From positions 1 to 41,931 of the IMG/VR virus record IMGVR_UViG_3300044541_000053: a DNA stretch of 41,931 nucleotides; one strand, 5' to 3'. The DNA comes from a virus. Lineage: Duplodnaviria > Caudoviricetes. Below the pieces are notes generated by a model, which was given only the letters and a program-made list of their open reading frames with translations, had not been told where the DNA came from and ran no database searches. This document shows positions 17,573 to 25,152 of the stretch, piece after piece (position 1 is the first letter of the stretch; every line of letters starts with the position of its first letter). A program made the position numbers and the translations under genes.

Positions 17573-17754
17573 GGTTCCTCTGTGTCGGCAGCGAAGGCGG
17601 GCGACGAGAGCAATTTGATCCACGCGAGCAGCGAGTACCACACCTGCGGCTCGAGGTAGACCCGCTCGGAGTTCGCGCGCAGGCAGATCTGGTAGCCATC
17701 ATGCGAGACGTAGAGGCCATCGCCGAGGTAGGTCTCTTTGCCGGCCTCGATCAT
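17569..17754 (-). CDS. Hypothetical protein
   Basis: YLGDGLYV..DGYQI.L..VYLEP.V motif; ATGA overlaps. Confidence 0.7.
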   Translation of the reverse strand: MIEAGKETYLGDGLYVSHDGYQICLRANSERVYLEPQVWYSLLAWIKLLSSPAFAADTEEP

Positions 17755-18149
17755 TCGAGCAGCTCGCGGATGTCGGCGCAGTCGTCACAGGGCCAAACGC
17801 GCTGAGCGCCCAAGCCACCGTCCTCGGTTATCGTCACGCAGCCCGTGCCGCCACAGCTGCTGCACTCGTTGGCGATCTCAAGCAACTTGTCGCGCAGGCG
17901 CACGGTTTGATTCGCGAGCGCGGTGTTGGCTTTCCCACAGCTGACGATCGCCGTGACCCACTCGGGCATCTTGTGGGTTTCGAAGTGCGCCTGCAGCGAC
18001 TCCTCCACCTTGCGCGCAGATTCGTTTCTGGCGTGTGCGGCCATGATCCCGGGACCGAACACCGACGCGAGCGCGTCGTCACTTACCGTGGTGGGGGTAA
18101 CGACAAGCTTCCATGAACACAGCGGGCAGGTGAAGACCTGGTCACTCAT
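17751..18149 (-). CDS. Cys-rich Zn-finger hypothetical protein
   Basis: [16 protein letters not shown] motifs. Confidence 0.65.
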   Translation of the reverse strand: MSDQVFTCPLCSWKLVVTPTTVSDDALASVFGPGIMAAHARNESARKVEESLQAHFETHKMPEWVTAIVSCGKANTALANQTVRLRDKLLEIANECSSCGGTGCVTITEDGGLGAQRVWPCDDCADIRELLE

Positions 18150-18324
18150 GGCGCAACGCATCCGCGGCACGCCGCAACGCGATCTCCTCGCGGTCGACCG
18201 TCACGTTCGGCGGCGCCTTGATTCCGATGCGCACCTGCGAGCCCTTGACGGCCACGACCACGATCTCGATGTCGGTGCCGATGCGAATCATTTCACCGGG
18301 GCGGCGGGTCAGTAGCAGCATCAC
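18142..18324 (-). CDS. csrA: Carbon storage regulator CsrA/RsmA homolog
   Basis: [47 protein letters not shown]. Confidence 0.95.
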   Translation of the reverse strand: MMLLLTRRPGEMIRIGTDIEIVVVAVKGSQVRIGIKAPPNVTVDREEIALRRAADALRHE

Positions 18325-18601
18325 TCCCTCCTGTGCCCGGGACGGGCGTGTCTTTGCCTACGTTCATCGCCGCGATGCGCGCCGGCATGTCTTTGATCCA
18401 CGCCTGCGCCTGCTCATTCGCAGCGATCCATGCGGGTGAGAGCTTGCCGACCTTCCAGCCCTGCCAGATCGCATCGCGAATTTCTTTCGGCAGCGAGTAC
18501 CAGTGGCGATTGCAGCCCCACATCGAGAGCGGGATCGGCCGATTACAACCGGGCCAGCCGCAGCGATGCACCGAGTACGGCGCGCTAGAACGGGATGTCA
18601 T
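18293..18601 (-). CDS. Conserved phage Cys/His hypothetical protein
   Basis: HRCGWPGC...[20 protein letters not shown]. Confidence 0.7.
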   Translation of the reverse strand: MTSRSSAPYSVHRCGWPGCNRPIPLSMWGCNRHWYSLPKEIRDAIWQGWKVGKLSPAWIAANEQAQAWIKDMPARIAAMNVGKDTPVPGTGGSDAATDPPPR

Positions 18602-19247
18602 CGTCGAACTCCGCGGGACTGCTGGGCGGCGGGAAGGCCGTGTAGTCGGCGGGCGGATGATCGTGGTTGACGCGTTCGCTGATCGTCTGCGCTCGCATGT
18701 GCCCGGGTCGCGCCGGTGCGCCCTGCGTGATCTCGCCAGTCGATGCGTCGACGAATTCCGCACTGGCGGGCGGCGGCGGCAAACCGTCAACCACCCACTT
18801 GGTGCCATCCCACACGGGCGGCGGCGGCTGGGCGGGCCGTGGTGCCTGCGTGACCCACTTGGTGCCATCCCACACGGGCGGCGGCGGTGCACCGGGGGGC
18901 AGCGGGGCGGCATGACCATTGGGACGCGCGCCGGCCTGCGTGGAGCACGTGAGCTTAATGCCGCCGACGACCTGGCCAGCCATTTGCACGGTCGGGTCGT
19001 AGGTCAGCCGCACTCGGCGGCCGTTCCAGAGTGAGGACTCTTCGCCGTACGCGGCCTCGAGCAGGCGGATTTTCGTGTTGTTGAGGCCGAGGCCTTTCGG
19101 GTGCTCGTTGAACCAGAGCACCCATTTCTCGTCACCCTGGCCCATCTTCTCGAGGCTGCAGTCGACGATGGTGAGGATCAGCTGGCCGGCGGCCTTGACC
19201 TCGGCCTTGCTGATGTAGTTCGACTTGATCATGTCGGAAGCGCGCAA
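18585..19247 (-). CDS. ssDNA-binding-like protein with a Pro-rich linker and acidic DDDIPF tail
   Basis: TTG start after GGGAG; S.YI.K..., LGLNNT, W.G.RV.L core; SSB-type C-terminus EFDDDIPF. Confidence 0.7.
   Translation of the reverse strand: MRASDMIKSNYISKAEVKAAGQLILTIVDCSLEKMGQGDEKWVLWFNEHPKGLGLNNTKIRLLEAAYGEESSLWNGRRVRLTYDPTVQMAGQVVGGIKLTCSTQAGARPNGHAAPLPPGAPPPPVWDGTKWVTQAPRPAQPPPPVWDGTKWVVDGLPPPPASAEFVDASTGEITQGAPARPGHMRAQTISERVNHDHPPADYTAFPPPSSPAEFDDDIPF
18793..18887. repeat. 35-bp exact direct repeat with a 60-bp period, encoding PPPPVWDGTKWV twice
   Basis: 18793-18827 is identical to 18853-18887. Confidence 0.95.
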
Positions 19248-19257
19248 TGAGATCTCC

Positions 19258-19449
19258 CTATTCGGCTTGGCGGCGCAAGAACATGGGCACGTGCCCGGGC
19301 TCGTACTCACGGCGCGCGGTGATGAGCGGCGCGAGAAAGCCCTGCGCATCGGTGGTGTAGTTGATGGTGACGAACATTTTGTGCTGCGCGCACCAGGCCG
19401 CGATCTGCAGTGCCGTCATGCTGGGCAGGAGCGTGATGTCGTCGGTCAC
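19258..19449 (-). CDS. Hypothetical protein
   Basis: Coupled ORF in the leftward early operon. Confidence 0.6.
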   Translation of the reverse strand: MTDDITLLPSMTALQIAAWCAQHKMFVTINYTTDAQGFLAPLITARREYEPGHVPMFLRRQAE

Positions 19450-19784
19450 GCGGCCTCCAGCTGATTGACGTAGTCGCTGACGCGATCCATCGCGGCGCTG
19501 AACTCCGGGTTGCCGCAGTGGTAGTCGGAGATCACATCGATGCCGTTACCCAGGACAAACATCACGCCAAGGTTGCCCCAAGCCTTGCGGTTCTTGGCCG
19601 GCGCGAAGTGCACGGTGCAGTTGTAGTCCACTGCGTAGAGCGTTTCGATGACCTTGCGCTCGGTGGTCGCAGGGACATACTCCTCGCTGTCCCAGACGGT
19701 GACCGGGACGAATCCCGCGGCCTTGAGCTCGCGGATAGCGCGCCGAATGATCATGCGCTCGATCAATCGATCGCCGGCGCTCAT
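19446..19784 (-). CDS. Hypothetical protein
   Basis: V.VWDSEE...VLGNG.DVISDY motif; coupled overlaps. Confidence 0.7.
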   Translation of the reverse strand: MSAGDRLIERMIIRRAIRELKAAGFVPVTVWDSEEYVPATTERKVIETLYAVDYNCTVHFAPAKNRKAWGNLGVMFVLGNGIDVISDYHCGNPEFSAAMDRVSDYVNQLEAA

Positions 19785-19957
19785 CGGATGTGCTCCACCT
19801 TGACGGCGCCGCCGGCGACCACGGCGATGTGCGAGCGGTTGAACTCAGCTTTACCGCCGATCTCCTCCGCGACGCGCTGCAGGTCGACCGTGACGTCGAA
19901 ATGGATCGGATCGCCATTGCGGTGGAGCACGATGCGCTGTGTGACGAGGTGGTTCAC
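19781..19957 (-). CDS. Hypothetical protein
   Basis: GTG start overlapping the upstream stop; typical codon usage. Confidence 0.6.
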   Translation of the reverse strand: MNHLVTQRIVLHRNGDPIHFDVTVDLQRVAEEIGGKAEFNRSHIAVVAGGAVKVEHIR

Positions 19958-20166
19958 TGGCACGCTCCCGTGCTGCAGTTGGGCGTGCTGATCGTGGCGA
20001 CACCGGGCGCCGGCGCGACCACCGAGGTGCGGTAGTCGTGATGCTGTGAGGCGGCGATCGAACCCGCGACGAAGGCCACGGCAAAGGACGCGGCGTACGG
20101 GTGGTTCTGGATCGTGGTGCAGCCCGAGAGGGCCAGAAAGGCGAGAAGGCCGAGGATCTTGGTCAT
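19954..20166 (-). CDS. Small lipoprotein, first gene of the PL operon
   Basis: MTKILGLLAFLALSGC lipobox; RBS AGGGAG. Confidence 0.75.
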   Translation of the reverse strand: MTKILGLLAFLALSGCTTIQNHPYAASFAVAFVAGSIAASQHHDYRTSVVAPAPGVATISTPNCSTGACQ

Positions 20167-20169
20167 GCG

Positions 20170-20200
20170 AAAAACTCCCTGTGTGTTTCGACTCAGGGAG
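20170..20200 (-). terminator. Intrinsic terminator overlapping the PL start site and the RBS of the first gene
   Basis: Minus strand CTCCCTG-N12-CAGGGAG-TTTTT. Confidence 0.65.
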
Positions 20201-20201
20201 G

Positions 20202-20246
20202 AATGTACACCCGAGAATGGGTGCAGTCAACCCGTTAACGGGTGAA
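20202..20246 (-). promoter_or_regulatory. PL promoter with two operators
   Basis: -35 TTGACT (20225-20230), 17-nt spacer, -10 TACATT (20202-20207); operators TACACCC-N6-GGGTGCA (20206-20225) and TCAACCC-N6-GGGTGAA (20227-20246). Confidence 0.85.
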
Positions 20247-20300
20247 TGTGACGCGGGTCAATCGAGATTGCAGTCGGGCGTCCGGGCGTCGATGGACCGC

Positions 20301-20492
20301 TCAACGCGCCCCAGGCCCTCTGAGAGCCGTTCGAGGTCGGGTCGGTAGTCGAAGCCCGGGGATCCGCCCGATCATCGCCTGGAGCTCGTGCAGCTTCGTC
20401 CAGAGGGCCTTCGCGGCGCCGTGGATGCCTTGCAGGGTCAGGAAGATCAAAACCAGGACCGTGAACAGGGTCCAAAACTGCCAGGTGGCCAT
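20301..20492 (-). CDS. Small membrane protein downstream of the repressor
   Basis: WQFWTLFTVLVLIFLTL TM helix; GAGG RBS. Confidence 0.55.
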   Translation of the reverse strand: MATWQFWTLFTVLVLIFLTLQGIHGAAKALWTKLHELQAMIGRIPGLRLPTRPRTALRGPGAR

Positions 20493-20550
20493 GAGCTACC
20501 TCTTGCGGCGCCGCAGGATGAACGCTTGCATCCAGAGCACGGTGTTGTCC

Positions 20551-20880
20551 CTAGGCATGTCGTCGTCGTTGAAGTCGCTCCGCGACCCCCCTGTCTTGCG
20601 CCGGTGGGAGTTCATGTTTGATGGGGGTGAAGAGCTCCGCCACCGAGCACCCCAGATTGTGAGCGATGTCGGAGAGGGTATCGATGCTCGGACCGGTCGT
20701 GCCGGACATGATCCGTTGGAAGCTCGATAGAGAATTGCCCGTGTCCTGTCCGATCCGTTCGTAGGCCGCGGTGAGCGAGAGGGTGGGGTAGACCTCGCGG
20801 ATCCGTCGCGTCAGGTTCTGGACCAGCAACTCGCGATTCTTCCTCGCGGCATGCGATACCAGTTTGTGTTTAGCGGGCAT
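20551..20880 (-). CDS. cI: Immunity repressor, XRE-type HTH with no peptidase domain
   Basis: YERIGQDTGNSLSSFQRIMSG..GPSIDTLSDIAHNLGCSVAELF; divergent from cro. Confidence 0.78.
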   Translation of the reverse strand: MPAKHKLVSHAARKNRELLVQNLTRRIREVYPTLSLTAAYERIGQDTGNSLSSFQRIMSGTTGPSIDTLSDIAHNLGCSVAELFTPIKHELPPAQDRGVAERLQRRRHA

Positions 20881-20919
20881 CCCCGAGAACTTTATTATTC
20901 TTTCGGGCCCGCAACCGGG

Positions 20920-20948
20920 TTGCATACACCCATTAACGGGTGTACTTT
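20920..20948 (+). promoter_or_regulatory. PR promoter with an operator in its spacer
   Basis: -35 TTGCAT, 17 nt, -10 TACTTT; perfect palindrome TACACCC-ATTAAC-GGGTGTA at 20925-20944. Confidence 0.85.
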
Positions 20949-20956
20949 CGCGATCC

Positions 20957-21151
20957 ATGAATGACTCCATTTTCGACTATGTGATGACCAAGCTCGAAGC
21001 CGCCAAGGGTAAGTGGTCAGCCGTTGCAGACGGCTCGGGTGTCTCTTACCGGACCCTCGAAAAAATCGCGCGAGGCGAGAGCAAAGATCCGGGGATCCAC
21101 ACTGTCGAGAAGCTCGCCAAGTACTTCCGCGACCAGGACGAAGCCGCGTGA
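20957..21151 (+). CDS. cro: Cro-like HTH protein
   Basis: WSAVADGSGVSYRTLEKIARGESKDPGIHTVEKLAKYF. Confidence 0.85.
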   Translation: MNDSIFDYVMTKLEAAKGKWSAVADGSGVSYRTLEKIARGESKDPGIHTVEKLAKYFRDQDEAA

Positions 21152-21240
21152 GCTTGGGCGATCATGCAAGAGCGCGCCTGCCCGTGGCGCCCGATGCGAC
21201 AAAACGCCGTAAACGAGGCGATTACGTCAAGTCGATTGAG

Positions 21241-21507
21241 CTACTCGCAGCGGAAGACCAGGTTGGTCGACTCACCACCGACCGCGGCCATGCCGTGCAG
21301 CTCGGTGTTCACGACGACGAGGCTCTTGTGCTGCGAACTGCAGTACGCGGAGGCCTTCTGTGCGGCCGCCGCGGTGCCTTTGCCGGCGTTCAAGCCGCCA
21401 CTCGCGTGGCCGGTGAGCATGAATTGATTGTTGCCGATCGGTACCACGTCGGTCGTGGTCACGCAGCCGGCGAGCAACAGAGCGCTCGCAAAGAACTGAA
21501 TTTTCAT
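21241..21507 (-). CDS. Lipoprotein, moron-like, antisense to the PR operon
   Basis: MKIQFFASALLLAGC lipobox; two further Cys; RBS GGAGG. Confidence 0.85.
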   Translation of the reverse strand: MKIQFFASALLLAGCVTTTDVVPIGNNQFMLTGHASGGLNAGKGTAAAAQKASAYCSSQHKSLVVVNTELHGMAAVGGESTNLVFRCE

Positions 21508-21555
21508 AGGGCCTCCATCCGATCTGTATCGGCGGCTCCCGCGTAAACCTTTAGT

Positions 21556-21780
21556 GGGAAAAGTTCCCCGTCCGAGGCACGAGAGATTGACGGCCGAAAC
21601 CGGCCAGGCCCTCAAGAAACGGTTAACCCTGGCGCTGCTGTGCCCATTGCAACCAGGTCGTACGACGGAATCCGCGCAGGCGGAGCGGGTGAAGCCCGCA
21701 GGGGACCTGAGTAGCTCGACTGGATCGCCATCCAGAGGGGGAAAGGGCGATTTGAGCAAGTGGAATCAATTTTATCCACA
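21556..21780 (+). ncRNA. Candidate structured RNA or origin element ending in a DnaA box
   Basis: Many short hairpins, a CAGGTC/GACCTG-closed multibranch, and TTATCCACA at 21772-21780; no convincing CDS; strand not established. Confidence 0.4.
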
Positions 21781-21789
21781 GGTTATGCA

Positions 21790-22056
21790 ATGCCGACCAT
21801 CGACGAAATTCGCGCGCGGATCCGCAAGAACTTCCCGAAAGAGCGCAGCCCCTTGCGCTGGCGCAAGGTCAACGAGCATCGCCTCGTCTCTGCCTGCAAT
21901 CGGTTTGTGATCGAGCGCCGCGGTGAGGGCGATGCCGCGCGCTACACCGCGAAGTTGAAGCCCGACACCGTGATCGGTCATCGGCTGCTGACGGCGGAGC
22001 AGGCGAAGACGCTCTGCGAGCAGCACGCATCGCCGCTGCCGCTCGAGCCGACGTGA
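21790..22056 (+). CDS. Hypothetical basic protein
   Basis: ATG just after the DnaA box; typical codon usage. Confidence 0.65.
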   Translation: MPTIDEIRARIRKNFPKERSPLRWRKVNEHRLVSACNRFVIERRGEGDAARYTAKLKPDTVIGHRLLTAEQAKTLCEQHASPLPLEPT

Positions 22057-22088
22057 GAACAATTTCTAAAACAGACGAGGAGACGACG

Positions 22089-22385
22089 ATGGCGAAAGCC
22101 AAGGATAATTCCGAGCGCCCGGTGCTCGTGACGACGGCGCATCGCGGTGTGTTCTTCGGCTACACCGAGGACACCAGCGGCGCGATCATCAACCTGCGAG
22201 CTGCGCGCAATTGTTTGTATTGGCCCGCGGACCAGAAAGGGTTTCTCGGTCTCGCTGCGGTGGGACCTGTGCGAGGAACGCGCATCGGCCCCGCCGCGGA
22301 TCTCGAGCTGCGTGACATCACGAGTGTGGCCGCGTGCACGCCCGAAGCGGTGGTGGCGTGGGAGAAAGCCCCGTGGAGTGCGTGA
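22089..22385 (+). CDS. DUF6948-like protein
   Basis: RPVLVTTAHRGVFFGY...LRAARNCLYW...GFLGLA..GP; RBS GAGGAG. Confidence 0.8.
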   Translation: MAKAKDNSERPVLVTTAHRGVFFGYTEDTSGAIINLRAARNCLYWPADQKGFLGLAAVGPVRGTRIGPAADLELRDITSVAACTPEAVVAWEKAPWSA

Positions 22386-22957
22386 TCCGCGGAGCCTTTC
22401 CTGATCTCAAGCTCTTCGGGTCCGGGTCCGGGTCCGGGGACGGGTACGGGGACGGGTACGGGGACGGGTCCGGGTCCGGGTACGGGTACGGGTCCGGGTA
22501 CGGGTCCGGGTACGGGTCCGGGTACGGGTACGGGTACGGGTACGGGTCCGGGGACGGGGACGGGGACGGGTACGGGGACGGGGACGGGTACGGGTACGGG
22601 CCTTACTGGCTCGCGTGCATCAAGACCTTCGCCGCTCGCTGGAGCGAAGCCCAACGCGCGCGCCTCGAGCAGCTGCGCGAGCTCGGTGCCTTCATCTGCT
22701 TTTGGCGCTCCGATCAAAACGGCTGCGCGCGCCACGGTGGCAAGAACAAGCCGGTGAGTGCCGGCACCATCGAGAAGGTGCAAGGGCCACTCAAGATCTG
22801 CACCCAGCGTGCGCTCCACGGCACGTTGCTGCCGCCCAAGTGGGAAGGCGAGCGCCTGTGGGTGGTCGCTCTCATTGGCGAACTCGATAGCGAAACCGAT
22901 GGCGCGAAGTACGCGGCGCTCGAGCGCGAGATCATCGGCGAAGTCATCTCGCCATGA
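22382..22957 (+). CDS. Gly-X (S/Y/D) repeat protein with a globular C-terminal domain
   Basis: GTGA coupling; 30 GX dipeptides, then FWRSDQNG...GPLKIC...LHGT..P.KW.G.RLWVVAL.GE. Confidence 0.8.
   Translation: MIRGAFPDLKLFGSGSGSGDGYGDGYGDGSGSGYGYGSGYGSGYGSGYGYGYGYGSGDGDGDGYGDGDGYGYGPYWLACIKTFAARWSEAQRARLEQLRELGAFICFWRSDQNGCARHGGKNKPVSAGTIEKVQGPLKICTQRALHGTLLPPKWEGERLWVVALIGELDSETDGAKYAALEREIIGEVISP
22418..22600 (+). repeat. Hexamer tandem repeat (GGG-TCC/TAC/GAC) x30 plus a final GGG
   Basis: Read directly; only three hexamer variants occur. Confidence 0.97.
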
Positions 22958-23202
22958 GCGTCACCAACGAGGAACTCATCCGCCTGCGCGACGCCGGCAA
23001 GATCACCTTCAACAAGCAGGTGCATCTGATCGTCGACGAGCTCCTGCAGCGCCGCGCCGCGCCCGAGCAATGGCACAGCGATCCCTTCGTCGTGATGTTC
23101 TTGGGCTACCTGACCGCCGAGCTCCCGGAGCTGCACACGTTGGAGTGCCCGCGCCTCCTCGAGGCCTGGGATAAGTTCAAAGCCGAGATGGGCAAACGAT
23201 GA
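22954..23202 (+). CDS. Hypothetical protein
   Basis: ATGA coupling on both sides. Confidence 0.65.
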   Translation: MSVTNEELIRLRDAGKITFNKQVHLIVDELLQRRAAPEQWHSDPFVVMFLGYLTAELPELHTLECPRLLEAWDKFKAEMGKR

Positions 23203-23843
23203 GCGCCACCGCCTATCCGCTCGATTGGCCGATCGGTTGGAAGCGCACGCTGGTGCGGGCTCGAGCTAAGTTCATGAAAAAGGGGCGCGGCAGTCTCAAA
23301 AATCCCGACGGCAGCTACGCCGGATGGGACGGCAACAAGGCGCTGACGATTGAGCAGGCGCGAGTTCGGGTGATGGATGAGCTGCGTCGCTTCGGAGTCT
23401 CTGACTGGAACGTCATCATCTCGTCGAACTTGAAGCTGCGGCGCGATGGTTTCCCGATGTCGGGCCAGGCGCAACCCCATGATCCTGGCGTCGCTGTGTA
23501 TTGGAAGCCGAACAATTCGAAGGCGCAGCGCTGCATGGCGATCGATCGGTACGACAAGGTGCAGGACAACCTGGCCGCGATCGCGGCGACGCTCGAGGCC
23601 ATGCGAGCCATCGAGCGTCATGGCGGCGCGGCGATTCTGGACCGAGCGTTCACGGGCTTCGCGGCTCTACCCGCGCCCGAGCAACCCTTCCAGGTACTCG
23701 GCATCGGCGCGAACGCCTCGAAGGACGAGATCGATCGCGCGTACAAGCGGCTCGCTGCTGAGCATCATCCCGACCGCGGCGGCGATGAGCACCACATGGC
23801 GCGTATCAACGCTGCGCGCGATCAGCTCCTGGATTCGACGTGA
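23199..23843 (+). CDS. Phage protein with a C-terminal J (DnaJ) domain
   Basis: AYPLDWP.GWKRT, DPGVAVYW, AFTGFAALP; VLGI...AYKRLA..HHPDRGG...INAA. Confidence 0.88.
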   Translation: MSATAYPLDWPIGWKRTLVRARAKFMKKGRGSLKNPDGSYAGWDGNKALTIEQARVRVMDELRRFGVSDWNVIISSNLKLRRDGFPMSGQAQPHDPGVAVYWKPNNSKAQRCMAIDRYDKVQDNLAAIAATLEAMRAIERHGGAAILDRAFTGFAALPAPEQPFQVLGIGANASKDEIDRAYKRLAAEHHPDRGGDEHHMARINAARDQLLDST

Positions 23844-23956
23844 GCGACGATACCGTTCGACTCGTCTGTGTGAAGTGCGGCCAGGCCTACCGCGCCGGCA
23901 CCGTCTATGACCTGCTGCACCGCTGCTGCCTGTGCGGTGGGGAGCTGCAGGCGTGA
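23840..23956 (+). CDS. 38-aa Zn-ribbon peptide (below the ORF-track cutoff)
   Basis: VSDDTVRLVCVKCGQAY...CCLCGGELQA; GTGA overlaps at both ends. Confidence 0.6.
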   Translation: MSDDTVRLVCVKCGQAYRAGTVYDLLHRCCLCGGELQA

Positions 23957-24297
23957 GCATCTTGGGCCATATGAGACCGGAGCTCGAGAAGGTGCTCGAG
24001 GACATCCGCTTCAAGCGCGAGCGGCAGATCAACGTTCATGGCTGGACGCCACGACACGATAGCGAGGACCACAGCTCCGGCGAGCTTGCGCAAGCGGCGC
24101 TCGTTTACCTGCAGACCGCGTTCCGGGAGGAGTTCAACCTAGACGACCAGGAAACGACGATATGGTGGCCGTGGGACGAACCGGATCACGATCAGCTCCG
24201 ACAGCAGATGTTCGCTCAAACTAAGCGTGAGGCGCTCCTGAATGCGGCTGCGCTCCTGGTCGCCGAGCTCGAGCGCCTCGACCGGGGTCCAGCGTGA
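23953..24297 (+). CDS. Conserved phage helical hypothetical protein
   Basis: RERQI..HGWT..HD..H..GELAQAA..Y...WPW...LLNAAALLVAELERLDR. Confidence 0.75.
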   Translation: MSILGHMRPELEKVLEDIRFKRERQINVHGWTPRHDSEDHSSGELAQAALVYLQTAFREEFNLDDQETTIWWPWDEPDHDQLRQQMFAQTKREALLNAAALLVAELERLDRGPA

Positions 24298-24509
24298 GCT
24301 TCGAGGACGAGACCAGCGACGCCCACGAGCGGCGCATCGTCCGCTGTGGTTCCTGCCAGGCGAAGATCATCTGGCTGCTCACCAAGAACTTAAAGCCCAT
24401 GCCCGTGGACGCCGACGCCGTACTGCCCGCCGACACCAAGTACGACCATAAGCGCCACGTCTCACACTTTGCCACCTGCCCGAACGCCGCCCACCACCGA
24501 AGGAAATGA
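24294..24509 (+). CDS. Small Zn-binding phage protein
   Basis: CGSCQAKIIW..T...KPMPVD...SHFATCPNA. Confidence 0.75.
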   Translation: MSFEDETSDAHERRIVRCGSCQAKIIWLLTKNLKPMPVDADAVLPADTKYDHKRHVSHFATCPNAAHHRRK

Positions 24510-24510
24510 C

Positions 24511-25152
24511 ATGCAGAAACTCTCATTGACCAAGCGACCCGCCAAGATCGGCAAATCCGTCAACACGCGCACCGAGATGCACGGCAAGGACGAAGTGCCC
24601 GGGCAGGACATCCCGCTCGCCGGCATCGTGCTGAACGCCGAGGAGCTCGCGGCGGTCACGGACGAGGAGACCGCGGCCGTGGGCTTTTTCAAGATGGACG
24701 GCGATCAGTACGTGCCGCGCATCATCGCGTTGGATCCGGTGACGCTCTCGCACAAGTTCGAGAACGCCACGGTCAAAATGTCGGGCGGCGGCCTGCCGGT
24801 CACCACCTACAAGAACGCCAAGATCAAAGGAATTACGCTCGAGGCGCAGACCGGCGGCATGGTGCTCATGTCCTGCACCCTGCAGGTGAACCCGGAGAAT
24901 GGCGACCCGTCCGCGCAGATGCTCATCAACGCCAAGATCTCGGTGACCATCAAGGCCGAGCTCGAGGAGGAAGAGGCCGCAGATCCCGAGTTGCCACTCG
25001 ACCACCAGGCCAGCGCCGGCGAAGCGGTACCGATGGGTGATCTCGTGCCGCCGGATCCCGACGAGCAGGAGTCCTCGATTCATCGCCACATTCGCGCCAA
25101 CGAAGCGAAGAAGCGGCGCGGCCGCGGCCACACGCGCCCGGACGTCAATTAA
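24511..25152 (+). CDS. Hypothetical protein
   Basis: RBS AAGGA; strong codon bias. Confidence 0.7.
   Translation: MQKLSLTKRPAKIGKSVNTRTEMHGKDEVPGQDIPLAGIVLNAEELAAVTDEETAAVGFFKMDGDQYVPRIIALDPVTLSHKFENATVKMSGGGLPVTTYKNAKIKGITLEAQTGGMVLMSCTLQVNPENGDPSAQMLINAKISVTIKAELEEEEAADPELPLDHQASAGEAVPMGDLVPPDPDEQESSIHRHIRANEAKKRRGRGHTRPDVN

Noticed and set aside
21148-21546. cII-like gene coupled to cro
   Set aside because: A GTGA overlap exists, but the frame runs antisense through the well-supported lipoprotein gene and shows no HTH; unsupported.
22418-22600. CRISPR array or DGR variable region
   Set aside because: It has no repeat-spacer structure, no template/variable repeat pair, and no reverse transcriptase or cas gene is visible; it is an in-frame microsatellite.
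22160-22819. Minus-strand (PV)n repeat protein
   Set aside because: It is the antisense reading of the Gly-X tract; the plus-strand ORF has translational coupling and a protein-like C-terminal domain.
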